64,000 bases of DNA. Origin: Alphaproteobacteria bacterium (GTDB taxonomy: Bacteria; Pseudomonadota; Alphaproteobacteria; M2410). Below, in pieces: positions 53,110-63,118 of this stretch. Where the stretch lies: positions 1,554 through 65,553 of the forward strand of contig SBGZ01000054.1 of assembly GCA_006226415.1 (NCBI GenBank). The letters are read 5' to 3'. The position numbers and the translations under genes are program-made. How positions within the stretch are numbered: the first letter of the stretch is position 1; every line of letters starts with the position of its first letter. A model generated the notes under the pieces. It worked only from the letters and a program-made list of their open reading frames with translations. It was not told the origin of the DNA and did not search any database.

Positions 53110-53207
53110 GGAGGGGGAAGCCTTTAGGGAGTTGCACTGCAACATCACTTAAGGCCGCGAAGCTAAAAAATCCTTAAATTCAGGGGAAAAACAGGGATTG
53201 AGTGTGC

Positions 53208-53234
53208 AAAAAAAGGGAGCCCAAGAGGGCTCCC
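53208..53234 (-). terminator. Rho-independent terminator of ompW copy 2
   Basis: gggagccc (53215-53222) pairs with gggctccc (53227-53234) across a 4-nt loop. Seven A at 53208-53214 give a U7 tail on the minus strand. Confidence 0.85.
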
Positions 53235-53265
53235 TTTACCGATTTTCTAGATGGGGGGCGGTGCC

Positions 53266-53910
53266 TTAGAACAGGCGGCCAAAGCCGATCCCGAAGACCC
53301 AGGGGTCCAGATCCACATCGGCTTTGATAGCGCCGCCGTTGATCGAGACATCTGTGCTCAGGAAGAGCTTTTTCACGTCGACGTTGAAGTACCAGGTGTC
53401 ATTGGTCTTGAAGTCCACACCGGCTTGAAGTGCCCAGCCAAAGCTGTCGTCATAGTCAATATCGGTAACAATCGCTGCCGGCAGATCTTCATTATAGAAC
53501 ATGGTGTAATTGACGCCTGCGCCCACATAAGGGCTGATGTCGCCCTTGGGGTCAAAGTGATATTGCAAGGTCAAGGTGGGCGGCAGAACCCAAACGCTGC
53601 CGAGGTCAACAGTGCCCAGCCCGGTCGATTTGGCTTCTACATCGTGCTTTGTGGTTGCCAGGATCAGTTCAACCGCCAGATTGTCGGTGAAGAAGTAGGA
53701 GAAATCCAACTCCGGTACCACTTCCGTGCTCACTTCGGCATCTCCGCCGATGACCGAAATCGTACTGGATTCATCACCTTGAACAGCGATGATCCGGCCA
53801 CGAACCATCCAGTCGCCAGCGGATTTGCCATCTTCACCGGCAAATGCCGGAACGGCCAGAGCAGATGTGCCCAAAAGGGCGGCAATTGAGAGAGAAGCAA
53901 TTTTCTTCAT
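53266..53910 (-). CDS. ompW: OmpW-family outer-membrane protein (copy 2)
   Basis: Start at the ATG at 53910 (MKKIASLS), 6 nt after GAGG. Colinear with copy 1 (GDWMVRGR, TLQYHF, GFGRLF). Confidence 0.8.
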   Translation of the reverse strand: MKKIASLSIAALLGTSALAVPAFAGEDGKSAGDWMVRGRIIAVQGDESSTISVIGGDAEVSTEVVPELDFSYFFTDNLAVELILATTKHDVEAKSTGLGTVDLGSVWVLPPTLTLQYHFDPKGDISPYVGAGVNYTMFYNEDLPAAIVTDIDYDDSFGWALQAGVDFKTNDTWYFNVDVKKLFLSTDVSINGGAIKADVDLDPWVFGIGFGRLF

Positions 53911-54079
53911 TTTCAGCCTCATTTATTTAGGCTCGGCCAGCACACCCGGCCTGAGCGAGAAATCTGTTGGGCTCTTTCTCCTCCAGGGGGCAATCAAAGT
54001 AAATTTGCAGGATTGACGCAGGTCAAACTGTCGCAGGCCCCACGGCCTGATAGGACTTGAAATGAGGCCCAAAAAGGCG

Positions 54080-55564
54080 TTAGGCGCCGCGCGCGTCGGC
54101 GCACCGGATTTCTGCCTTCAGACCCATCAGATTAGCCAGATTCTGCAATCTGGCATCCACCGCTTCGCCGCCCAGCTCCTTAAACTCAGGGGCAAGATCA
54201 AAGATCAATTTGTCGTCCTGAACCAAGAGGGTGCATTTGTCGAGCACACCGCAAACCCGCCCGGTCAGCGTGTGGACGAACCTGAGGAGGGCGCCCACGA
54301 TTTTGGCAACAGCAACGTCACTTGGCATCAGCACATGCGTAAGTTTTGCGGCGTCCCGCAGATTGTCGCCGCCATATCGATAGTAGAGGGCCAGCGCGGC
54401 GAAAATCCGCTCCTTGTGCGAAAGCCCGTCGATCGGCGAGTACAAGATGGCATGCAGAATGTTGCCACGGCGGTAATTGGGGTGATCGCGCCAAGCCAGA
54501 TTGGAAAGTCGGCAGATCGGCTCCAGAAGATGCAGATAGGGAGAAGGCGTTTGGCGCAATAGGCGCTGGGCGAATTCATAGACCTCGCGCGCGCGTGCTG
54601 GATCGAGTTGGTATTGCCGCTCCAGCGTTGCAATGCCATCCGTGACGGGGTCCTCAGCCTGGACAGGCGCGGGCAGCATCCTTTGTATCAACCCTTCCCG
54701 AATGCCATGGGAAGAAAAAGTAACGCTGGTGGGGCAAAGCGCCTCAATGAGTTCGCCGAGGACATGGGCGGCGTAGGGCAGGCTTTGTGCACGCGCCGGC
54801 GATACCAGCGAGGTCATCTTTTGTAGCTCCTGAAGGTCCGCTGACATCATCTGCTGGCAGAACCGGGCCGCCTCGTCAGTTGCAATATCATAGTGATGTA
54901 AGACTTTCAGCGGATAGCGCGATTGTCTCATGTGAATTTGACCGAGCGCCCGCCACGCTCCGCCGACGATATAAAGGTTGCCCAATTGCTTAAGGGAGGC
55001 GTAACCGTGAAAAGCCTTTGAGAGCGTTGGCGTAATTTCAGAAACAGGGCGCTGTCCCAGGCGAAGCGCTCCGAAGGGAAAGCTGGCAGGGTGCTGAATT
55101 TTTCCATCTGAAACTTCGGCCAGTTCAAGGCTGCCGCCGCCAAGGTCTGCGACCCAGCCGCAGAATGAAGGATCCCCCGCCATGACCCCATGGGCGGCAA
55201 GAATAGCTTCCTCTTCCCCGGAAAGGATGTTGAGAGGGGTTCCCATGATGCTTTGCGCGGTCTCAATAAAGGCCGTGTTATTCTGTGCGTCTCGGACGGC
55301 AGAGGTGGCAATGCAGGAAATCTGTTCTGCTCTCAGTCCATGTTGAGAGCAAATAATGTGGAAGCGCTTGAGGGCCTTGAGAGCCCGTTCGCAGCCCTCA
55401 TCGGGGAGGACGCCGGTTTGGTCAAGACCCGTCCCAAGTCCGCATAAAACCTTTTCGTTAAAAAAGCTGACCGGCGTTCGATTGACCCCGTCAAATAAGA
55501 CCATTCGGACCGAATTGGATCCGATATCAACGACAGCATGAGGGTCTCGTGTGAGCTGGGGCAT
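54080..55564 (-). CDS. ppx: Ppx/GppA-family exopolyphosphatase
   Basis: 494 aa. AVVDIGSNSVRMVLF, DLGGGSLE and related ASKHA phosphatase motifs. Confidence 0.85.
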   Translation of the reverse strand: MPQLTRDPHAVVDIGSNSVRMVLFDGVNRTPVSFFNEKVLCGLGTGLDQTGVLPDEGCERALKALKRFHIICSQHGLRAEQISCIATSAVRDAQNNTAFIETAQSIMGTPLNILSGEEEAILAAHGVMAGDPSFCGWVADLGGGSLELAEVSDGKIQHPASFPFGALRLGQRPVSEITPTLSKAFHGYASLKQLGNLYIVGGAWRALGQIHMRQSRYPLKVLHHYDIATDEAARFCQQMMSADLQELQKMTSLVSPARAQSLPYAAHVLGELIEALCPTSVTFSSHGIREGLIQRMLPAPVQAEDPVTDGIATLERQYQLDPARAREVYEFAQRLLRQTPSPYLHLLEPICRLSNLAWRDHPNYRRGNILHAILYSPIDGLSHKERIFAALALYYRYGGDNLRDAAKLTHVLMPSDVAVAKIVGALLRFVHTLTGRVCGVLDKCTLLVQDDKLIFDLAPEFKELGGEAVDARLQNLANLMGLKAEIRCADARGA

Positions 55565-55723
55565 GGCTCAAGACTTATCTCAATTCAGGGGCCGCCCTCA
55601 AGCTCAGACCGCTCATGAGCCAAATATTTCTCTTTCCCGCCTGCCAGGCAATTGACTCGGTGAGGCCCTCCATTGCAGATTTTGTAAAGGCCGCAATGGC
55701 ACGTGTACATGAGGGAGGAAGCA

Positions 55724-56557
55724 ATGGAAATTACCCCCTATTCAGATGGGTGCGGGGCACTCGTTCAAGGCATTCAACTGGCGAGCCTTGAAGATAAAAG
55801 TCTGGAGACGCTGCGCCGTGCCTACGCCGACCACGGCTTGCTCTTTTTTCGCGACCAAGACCTGCCGCCTGAAGAGCATCTAAGGTTTGCCCGTCGCTTT
55901 GGCGACATCGTGGTCAACAAATTTTTCAAGACGACCGAGGCGTTTCCGGAAATCGCCGAAGTGCGCAAGGAAAAGACTCAGGAGATGAATATCGGCGGCG
56001 GCTGGCACACAGATCATTCCTATGATGATGAGCCAGCCATGGGGTCGATCCTGGTCGCCCGAGAGTTACCAGAAACCGGCGGTGATACGCTGTTTGCCAA
56101 TCTCTATGCGGCCTACGAAGCACTCTCCCCTGACTTTCAAAAAATGCTGGAGGGTTTAAGGGCGGTGCATTCAAATCGCCACCTCTACGGCGAAGGTGGG
56201 TATTATCGTCAGACTGATCTATCCCAGCAGCTCGGCGGCATGGACCGGGTGGGGGACGCAGTGCATCCTGTCATCGTGCGCCACCCTGAATCGGGCCGCA
56301 AGGTGCTCTATGTCAATCCGGGTCATACCATCGGCATCGAAGGATGGTCGAAGGAAGAAAGTGCAGCTCTGCTCAAGTTTCTCTACAAACATGTGGACCA
56401 GCCGCAGTTTACCTGCCGCTTCCACTGGGAACCGGGCTCCATCGCCTTTTGGGACAATCGCTGCACCTGGCATATGGCGGAAAATGACTATCAGGGGCAG
56501 TTTCGCTTGATGCACCGGATCACTCTGAAGGGCTCTGCGCTCGCCTCAGCGGCTTGA
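55724..56557 (+). CDS. TauD/TfdA-family Fe(II)/2-oxoglutarate dioxygenase (second paralog)
   Basis: The ATG at 55724 lies 6 nt after GAGGGAGG. GGGWHTDHSY (HxD) and a distal His in the WHMAEND region. Confidence 0.85.
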   Translation: MEITPYSDGCGALVQGIQLASLEDKSLETLRRAYADHGLLFFRDQDLPPEEHLRFARRFGDIVVNKFFKTTEAFPEIAEVRKEKTQEMNIGGGWHTDHSYDDEPAMGSILVARELPETGGDTLFANLYAAYEALSPDFQKMLEGLRAVHSNRHLYGEGGYYRQTDLSQQLGGMDRVGDAVHPVIVRHPESGRKVLYVNPGHTIGIEGWSKEESAALLKFLYKHVDQPQFTCRFHWEPGSIAFWDNRCTWHMAENDYQGQFRLMHRITLKGSALASAA

Positions 56558-56560
56558 ATA

Positions 56561-57754
56561 TTAGAACTGAGACATTTCTCGCAGGTACCACGCCATAGAC
56601 CTTTGGGTCCAATGCTCCATTTGTGAATAGGGGCCCGGCTGGTAGAACCGTGAATTCACGCCCTTCTGATTGTTGACGATGATGTCTTCGTCCGCCAGCG
56701 TGGTGATGTGCCAAAGCCAGGTGAGCTTCTCCACATCATAGTCACGGCCCTCCACCGCATCGCCGCGCACCATCCAGTAAATGTCACAGGTGCAGTTATC
56801 AACGTCCTCAGGCAGAAAGCGGTATCCCACCATGTGGTCGGAATAGATCAGGAAGAAACTGAAAGGGCCAATGCTGAGGTCTGACCCACCCTGGTCAAAG
56901 TCCTTAAGGTCGCCGAGCAAAGGCGCTAGCGGTTGCCCATCTTGGCTGCCGGTTTTGATCCCTTCAAACAGAGCCGTTCGGCTATAGGCATAGCCTTGAA
57001 TGTGAGAGGGTTGCCGGTCATCCAGATGGTCAAATTCGATTGTTTTAAGCCCGCAGCTCCCCATCGCCTCTCTCATATGGGCCTGGCGTTTCTCAATCTC
57101 ATCCGGCCCAAGTTTAAGGGTATGCATAGCGGCATATTCCGGATGCGACGGAGCGCAGTGATAGCACTCGTGATAGTTCTCGACGGCGAGTTTCCAATTG
57201 GCCTTGAAGTGATAGCGCCGCTTGGCGGCCAGCTTCATATTGTCAAAACCAAACATGTCAAAAACCGGTTGCAGGTCCTGCTTGGCGGGCTCCAGGGACG
57301 GCGGCTTCTTGGCAAGGCACACATAGATCATCCCTCCCAGAACCTCGATCTGGGCGCGGTGTAAATGATGCTGGGACGCATCAAAGTCGGGACCCATATG
57401 CTGGGCAACCTTCAAGGTGCCATCAAAATCATAGGCCCAGGCGTGATAGGGGCAGGTCAGCACATTCACCGACCCCTTTTCCTTTGTGCAGATTTGACTG
57501 CCCCGGTGTCGGCAAACATTGATGAGCGCGTGGATCTCGTCACCGCGCCCCCGAATGACAATGACCGTTTCCTCCCCGATCTTAAAAAGGAAGTAGTCTC
57601 CTTTATTGGGAATCTCACTCACGTGCCCGGCGAAACACCAGTTACGCGACATGATTCGGTCAACCTCGATCTGATAGATCTCAGGGGATCGGTAAAAGAT
57701 CTGATCCAGCGAATAGCCTGGCCTTTGTTGATCGATGAGCTCTTGCAAATTCAT
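56561..57754 (-). CDS. Rieske [2Fe-2S] non-heme-iron oxygenase alpha subunit (GbcA/CntA/Stc2-like)
   Basis: Rieske motif CRHRGSQIC...CPYHAWAY. Mononuclear-iron motif region NYHECYHCAPSHPEY. The start is ambiguous (ATG at 57754 or GTG at 57775). Confidence 0.85.
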   Translation of the reverse strand: MNLQELIDQQRPGYSLDQIFYRSPEIYQIEVDRIMSRNWCFAGHVSEIPNKGDYFLFKIGEETVIVIRGRGDEIHALINVCRHRGSQICTKEKGSVNVLTCPYHAWAYDFDGTLKVAQHMGPDFDASQHHLHRAQIEVLGGMIYVCLAKKPPSLEPAKQDLQPVFDMFGFDNMKLAAKRRYHFKANWKLAVENYHECYHCAPSHPEYAAMHTLKLGPDEIEKRQAHMREAMGSCGLKTIEFDHLDDRQPSHIQGYAYSRTALFEGIKTGSQDGQPLAPLLGDLKDFDQGGSDLSIGPFSFFLIYSDHMVGYRFLPEDVDNCTCDIYWMVRGDAVEGRDYDVEKLTWLWHITTLADEDIIVNNQKGVNSRFYQPGPYSQMEHWTQRSMAWYLREMSQF

Positions 57755-57923
57755 AAGATGACAAAGTCCTTTCACTTGAAATCTGCCAAAAAATTCTACC
57801 TAGAACCATGAAAAACGGCCTTTATCCGGACAAATGTCGATTGCCGCAGGTTTGCAACCAGAGGGTAAATAACGTAGGATTAACCATACGAGATTTGCTT
57901 TTTGACAAGGCGCGGGGCTCACC

Positions 57924-58883
57924 ATGAAAAAATTTCTTCTTGCTTCAACAGCAGCAGGGGCGGCACTGGCCGTGTCATCGCCCGCCGCATTAGCTGACAA
58001 CTATGTGACTATTTTTGGCGGCTATTCCATGGCCGACGAAACGCTCAATAACTTTGTCACGCGGACAGGCTCTTTCTGGAGCTATTCGTACTCCACACTC
58101 AATTATACGACCCTGCGTCACTCGCATACGGAGGGGTTGATTTTCCTCTTCAGCCATACGTTCTATTCGTCATCGGTCTGGTACCGGTCCACCTCCGGCA
58201 GTTTCTACAGCGCAACCGATTTTGATCTTTCTGTGGATTCAGGTTTCGTCATTGGTGCGGCGGCCGGCTACGATATGGGCAATGGTGTCAATTTCGAAAT
58301 TGAATTTGCTTATCGCAAGCAGGATGCAGACGCCAAGCGGGTCTTCAGTTTCTCGTCCTCTTATTCGGGCTCAAGCTGGACCTATTGGCATTCAAGCCGC
58401 TTCCGTTATTACACCTCGCCGACAACGACTGTTCCCAATTCGGCGACCTTTATCAGTGGTTCGGTCACAATTCCGCCCGGCAACTATGGCTATTACACCT
58501 TCACCAACCCGGCGATTACCGGCGGCACCGCCTATACAACGACTTCGGCGGCCAGCGGGGATATCCGCGCCATGTCCATCATGGCGAATGTTTGGTTTGA
58601 TCTGGGCAGCGGTCAAGGCAACATCCATCCCTATATTGGCGGTGGTCTGGGCATGGCCGATGTCACATTGGATGTGGCGCCGATTACCGATTCCTCGGAC
58701 CGCGCCTTTGCTTACCAGATCGGTGCAGGTATTGGCTGGCAGCCAGAGGGCGCCGACTACCGGATTAATCTGGAGTATCGCTATTTTGCGGTGGACGGCC
58801 TTGAATTCGAGCAAGGTCCGAACACTTTTGAATATGACTATAATGTCAGCGAAATCTTGATCGGTATTCGCTTCAATTATTAA
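57924..58883 (+). CDS. Outer-membrane beta-barrel protein with Ser/Thr/Tyr-rich inserts
   Basis: 319 aa with signal peptide ending ALA. The OMP_b-brl-type ends (YVTIFGGYSM ... IGIRFNY) flank low-complexity S/T/Y/W segments. Confidence 0.7.
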   Translation: MKKFLLASTAAGAALAVSSPAALADNYVTIFGGYSMADETLNNFVTRTGSFWSYSYSTLNYTTLRHSHTEGLIFLFSHTFYSSSVWYRSTSGSFYSATDFDLSVDSGFVIGAAAGYDMGNGVNFEIEFAYRKQDADAKRVFSFSSSYSGSSWTYWHSSRFRYYTSPTTTVPNSATFISGSVTIPPGNYGYYTFTNPAITGGTAYTTTSAASGDIRAMSIMANVWFDLGSGQGNIHPYIGGGLGMADVTLDVAPITDSSDRAFAYQIGAGIGWQPEGADYRINLEYRYFAVDGLEFEQGPNTFEYDYNVSEILIGIRFNY

Positions 58884-58910
58884 TCAAAGCATCAAACTTC
58901 ATTGAAGGGG

Positions 58911-58941
58911 CCCCCGTCTAAAAGGCGGGGGTTTCTTTTTT
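58911..58941 (+). terminator. Rho-independent terminator
   Basis: cccccgtc (58911-58918) pairs with ggcggggg (58924-58931) across a 5-nt loop, then tttctttttt (58932-58941). Confidence 0.8.
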
Positions 58942-58950
58942 GCATCCGGG

Positions 58951-60330
58951 TCAAAAGGATCTCAAATACCAGGCGTAGTCGCGGTCTGAGACTTCTGCGT
59001 GGAAGCGCTCTGATTCGTTGCGCCGCGCACGGGCAAAGAGTGCCGCATATTTTTCACCGAGATATTTTGGCAGGACTTGCGCCGTGTCAAAGAGATCAAG
59101 GGCCGCTTCCCACCTCAAAGGCAGCTTTGGCTTGAGGTTAAAACGCTCCCGCTCCGCCCGCATGGGTCCCGGATCGCATTGATGGGTTATGCCGTGATGG
59201 ATACCGGCGACAATGGCGGCGGCCACCAGATAGGGGTTAGCGTCTGCCCCGGCCACACGGTGCTCAATGCGCCGGTTCTTGGCGTCGGACAGGGGAATGC
59301 GCAGCGACAGGTCCCTGTGGTTCGGCCCCCAATTGGGCTCCACCGGGACAAAAAGGCCGGGTTGATAACGCCTATAGGAATTGGCATTGGGCGAAAAGAT
59401 CGCCATGCCTTCGGCCATGGTTTCCGACAAGCCGCCTATCGCGTGGACAAGGGTGTCGTTGAAATTTGAAAGACCATCCGTCGGCCCATCTTCCATGAAA
59501 ATGTTGTGGCCGTCCTTGTCCAACAGGCTCATGTGGACATGCAGCCCGCTGCCCGCCGTATCGGCAAAGGGCTTCGCCATAAAACTCGCCACCATGCCGT
59601 GGCTTTGGGCGATTGAGCGGATAATCCGCTTGAGCAGAAAGGCCTGGTCGCAGGCCCGCACCAGATCATTGGTGTGGTAAAGATTGATCTCAAACTGACC
59701 CGCGCCATATTCGGTGATGGCTGTTGCCGCCGGAATATTATGTAGCTGACAAGCGGCATCGACTTCCCGGAAGAAATCGCCGAAGTCTTCCACAAGATCC
59801 AGATTGTAAACCTGGGCGCCCGAATGGGCGGGCATTCCGTTCGGCGGATCGGCCGGCACGGGCGCCCGCGTGCCTGGCTTAAGGAGATAAAATTCCAATT
59901 CGATCGCGGCAACCGGCGTAAGACCCATGTCCGTCAGAGGTTGAAGCGCATGTTTGAGGACATTGCGCGGTTCACCGAAAAACGGCGTGCCATCACGCTC
60001 AATCATAGTGGCAAGCACCTGGCCGCGCGGAATTGGGCTCCAGGGCACCGGCGCAAGCGTGTCTTCCACGGCCACCACAAGGGCATCGGGGTCGCCGTCC
60101 CCCACGCCGGGCATGCCATCTTCCTCAACCACTTCGGCACGAATATTCAAAAAGTAAAATCCGAGCGGAAAGTTCATACCGCCCTTGTAGAGTTTTTCAA
60201 ATCCACTGCGATTGACCTGCTTGCCCCGCTGGATGCCGTGCATATCGCTGAGCAGAATATCAAAGCTATCCGTGTCGGGATGCTGATTGAAGAACTCATG
60301 GACTTCCGGGGGCAATTTCTGTGAGGTCAT
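58951..60330 (-). CDS. Glutamine-synthetase-family protein (gamma-glutamyl-amine synthetase-like, PuuA/GmaS type)
   Basis: 459 aa with a GS catalytic-domain pattern: IELEFYLL, GSGLHVHMSL, NSYRRY, and a RIEHR-type block. Confidence 0.85.
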   Translation of the reverse strand: MTSQKLPPEVHEFFNQHPDTDSFDILLSDMHGIQRGKQVNRSGFEKLYKGGMNFPLGFYFLNIRAEVVEEDGMPGVGDGDPDALVVAVEDTLAPVPWSPIPRGQVLATMIERDGTPFFGEPRNVLKHALQPLTDMGLTPVAAIELEFYLLKPGTRAPVPADPPNGMPAHSGAQVYNLDLVEDFGDFFREVDAACQLHNIPAATAITEYGAGQFEINLYHTNDLVRACDQAFLLKRIIRSIAQSHGMVASFMAKPFADTAGSGLHVHMSLLDKDGHNIFMEDGPTDGLSNFNDTLVHAIGGLSETMAEGMAIFSPNANSYRRYQPGLFVPVEPNWGPNHRDLSLRIPLSDAKNRRIEHRVAGADANPYLVAAAIVAGIHHGITHQCDPGPMRAERERFNLKPKLPLRWEAALDLFDTAQVLPKYLGEKYAALFARARRNESERFHAEVSDRDYAWYLRSF

Positions 60331-60353
60331 AAAAGATCCTTGGATCGGAAGTG

Positions 60354-61556
60354 TTAAAAAGGTTCAGGGGGAGTGGCTCGTCGCCGGGCAGGATTCCACG
60401 GCGCGCTTTCAAGAACCGTTGCGCGCACCATATTGCGGTGCCATTGAAGCTCCCGTTGGAAATAGATCTCAACCCATAATTTCTCACCTGGATTGGCATA
60501 ACGCGCATCCACGGTGGCCAGCGCAATATTGGCCTTCAAAGTCGGCGACCAGACGGCAGACGTGGTATTGCCAATTCTCCGGCCACTCTTGGAAAAGAAA
60601 ATATAGGAATGCTCGGCAGGTTTGTTGCCTTCAATATCGAGCTTGACGAGTTTTCGTTTCGGTCCCTTTGCTTTGATCTCAAGCAGCGCTTTACGGCCGG
60701 TGAAATTTGGTTTTTCCAGGTCCACCAGCCAGTCGAGATCAAGCTCGAAAGGGTTGCGGGCGTGGCCATTGCGAACCGTCTCAAGTGCCGGGCTGTATTC
60801 TGCGCGCGCTTCGATAAAGCCCGCCTCAATACGAACGATTTCAAGGGCGTTAAGGCCAATCGGGCGGATGCCATGGTCTTTGCCCGCATCCATCAGCCGG
60901 TCCCAAAGGGAAAGGGCCTGGGCCGCCTCAATCCAAAGCTCATAACCGAGATCGCCTGTATATCCCGTGCGAGACACCATGAGCTTCACGCCGTTAAAGG
61001 TGAAATACTCAATGCCAAAGGGTTTGAGAGTCTCTATGCCTTCAAGGCGCAGCCGCTTGAGAACCTCGCAAGACGTGGGTCCTTGCACAGACAGCGCGGC
61101 GATTTCGGCGGTTTCTTCGGCAACCCGCACATCAAAGCCGAGGGTTGCCATCTGCAGCCAGTCCCGCTGATGCGCCTGGGTGCAGATCCGGTAGTCATTG
61201 GGGCCCAGATGAAAAAGCGTGCCGTCTTCGACAACTTCGCCCTTTTCGTTGCACCAGACCGTATAGCCCACCCGGCGCTCCTTGATCTTGGAAACATTGC
61301 GCGCCATGAGACGCTCCAGATAGGGCAGGGCATCCGGTCCGGTAACGCGAAACTTGCTCATCGGGGAAATATCGAGCACCGAACAACTGTTACGGATGGC
61401 AAAATATTCGTAGGTCGTGTTCTCCATGGAGCGGGAGACTGTGTAACCGTTCCACACCGACCAGACGCTCATCTTATTTTCCAGGGACGTGCGCTCGTGG
61501 AAAGGCGTTGGCCAGACATATTGGCGATAATGTTCTTTATCGATGGTCGCACTCAT
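60354..61556 (-). CDS. GcvT-family aminomethyltransferase-like (THF-dependent demethylase-type)
   Basis: 400 aa. Blocks LDISPMSKFRVTGPDA and SRTGYTGDLGYELW are typical of the GcvT/DmdA/SoxA-type folate-binding fold. Confidence 0.8.
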   Translation of the reverse strand: MSATIDKEHYRQYVWPTPFHERTSLENKMSVWSVWNGYTVSRSMENTTYEYFAIRNSCSVLDISPMSKFRVTGPDALPYLERLMARNVSKIKERRVGYTVWCNEKGEVVEDGTLFHLGPNDYRICTQAHQRDWLQMATLGFDVRVAEETAEIAALSVQGPTSCEVLKRLRLEGIETLKPFGIEYFTFNGVKLMVSRTGYTGDLGYELWIEAAQALSLWDRLMDAGKDHGIRPIGLNALEIVRIEAGFIEARAEYSPALETVRNGHARNPFELDLDWLVDLEKPNFTGRKALLEIKAKGPKRKLVKLDIEGNKPAEHSYIFFSKSGRRIGNTTSAVWSPTLKANIALATVDARYANPGEKLWVEIYFQRELQWHRNMVRATVLESAPWNPARRRATPPEPF

Positions 61557-63118
61557 GGTGCTTCTCCTTCCGCCAATATGGCCTTCGCCGCATTATGTCC
61601 TGCCGCGCCCATCACCCCGCCGCCAGGGTGAGCGCCCGCGCCGCAAAGATAGAGCCCCTCCATGGGGGTCTGATACTGGGCGGCGCCATAAACGGGACGC
61701 ATCATCATAATCTGGTCGAAAGACATCTCGCCCTGATGCCAATGTCCGCCGCCCATGTTGAAGGCGCCTTCCAGATCTGCTGGGGTAAGAAGCTCAAGCA
61801 CGTCGATGCAGTCGCCAATATCGGGCGCAAATTCCGCCAACCGTGCAATCACCGCATCGGCAAAAGCCGCCTTCCCGCTGTCCCAACCGGCCTGCAGGTC
61901 ATAGGGTGCATATTGCACCACGGCGGACAGAACATGCGCGCCTTCCGGCGCCAGGCTAGGATCGTGTACGGTTGGGAGGATGATTTCCATCGCAGGCTTT
62001 TGCGAAAACTCGCCATATTTGACGTGATTGTAAGCCCGTTCCACCTCATCCATGCTGGGCGCGATGACCAGGCGGTTGCCGAGATCCTTGGCATCAAGCC
62101 CCTTGAAAGTCGGCAACTGTTTTAGGGCCACATGCAATTTGGCCGCAGAACCCTTCATGCGGAACTTTGTGATCCGGTGCGCAAAATAGGCCTCCAGATG
62201 CCGGGCGCCAAGCAAAGTCAGGAAGGTGGTTTTGGGGTTCGCATTGGAGATAACGCGTTTGGCGTGGATCACATCGCCGCTGGCAAGCTGAATGCCCATG
62301 ACGCGGGAGCCTTCCACGAGGATTTTTTCAACGGGCGCATTGACCCGAATGTCCGCGCCGTGACCCGCCGCCGCCGTGGCGATGGCCTCGGTCAGCTTGC
62401 CCATACCGCCGCGCACCACCGCGTGACCAGCGGCGCCATTGACCTCGCGGGTCAAATGGTAGAGATAGTTGAATAATGTGTTAGGCGTGCGCGGTGCCAT
62501 GTTGCCACCCAGCACGGCGTCGAGCGACAGGGCGCCTTTGATAAGCTCGCTTTCAAAGCATTCGTTGAGCGCGTCATAAACATTGATGCCGATGATCCGA
62601 AGAAAATCTTGCATCTTTTCCTTGCCATGCCGGAAGCGCAGGTCAAAGCCAAGTTGAGCCAGTGTCTTGGCGTCCGCCCATTCGCCGCTGGCGATGCGCG
62701 GCGGTGTTTTGAGGAGATAGGGCGCAAGCAGCTCCATGTGTTCGCGCATGCGTTTTTTGAACTTGGGATAGGCCGCGACATCGCCATCACTAAGGCCCGG
62801 TCCCGTTACCTGGTCCCGCGTGAGATTGAGCGGTGCGCCCTCAGCCGAAAGCGCAATGGTATCAAGTCCGGTTGCCGCATAGTCGATCGAAATACCAAGA
62901 TCCTTGATCACGCGGGGGTGCATTTGCCCGGCAAAATGAGCGCAGCTCGACACTTGATAGCCCGGTGCAAATTCACGGGTCTGGGCGCCGCCACCTACCT
63001 GCGCGCCAGCCTCCAGAACCAATACCGATTGCCCTTGCTGGGCCAGGTATCCGGCGCAGACGAGGCCATTGTGTCCGGCTCCGATGATGATCGCGTCGAA
63101 GGTCTTAGTCATTGCCAA
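61553..63118 (-). CDS. CrtI/phytoene-desaturase-like NAD(P)/FAD-dependent oxidoreductase (COG1233-type)
   Basis: 521 aa. FDAIIIGAGHNGLVCAGYLA...VLEA...GG dinucleotide motif. C-terminal GAGAHPGGGVMGAAG. ATGA overlap with the GcvT-like gene. Confidence 0.8.
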   Translation of the reverse strand: MAMTKTFDAIIIGAGHNGLVCAGYLAQQGQSVLVLEAGAQVGGGAQTREFAPGYQVSSCAHFAGQMHPRVIKDLGISIDYAATGLDTIALSAEGAPLNLTRDQVTGPGLSDGDVAAYPKFKKRMREHMELLAPYLLKTPPRIASGEWADAKTLAQLGFDLRFRHGKEKMQDFLRIIGINVYDALNECFESELIKGALSLDAVLGGNMAPRTPNTLFNYLYHLTREVNGAAGHAVVRGGMGKLTEAIATAAAGHGADIRVNAPVEKILVEGSRVMGIQLASGDVIHAKRVISNANPKTTFLTLLGARHLEAYFAHRITKFRMKGSAAKLHVALKQLPTFKGLDAKDLGNRLVIAPSMDEVERAYNHVKYGEFSQKPAMEIILPTVHDPSLAPEGAHVLSAVVQYAPYDLQAGWDSGKAAFADAVIARLAEFAPDIGDCIDVLELLTPADLEGAFNMGGGHWHQGEMSFDQIMMMRPVYGAAQYQTPMEGLYLCGAGAHPGGGVMGAAGHNAAKAILAEGEAP

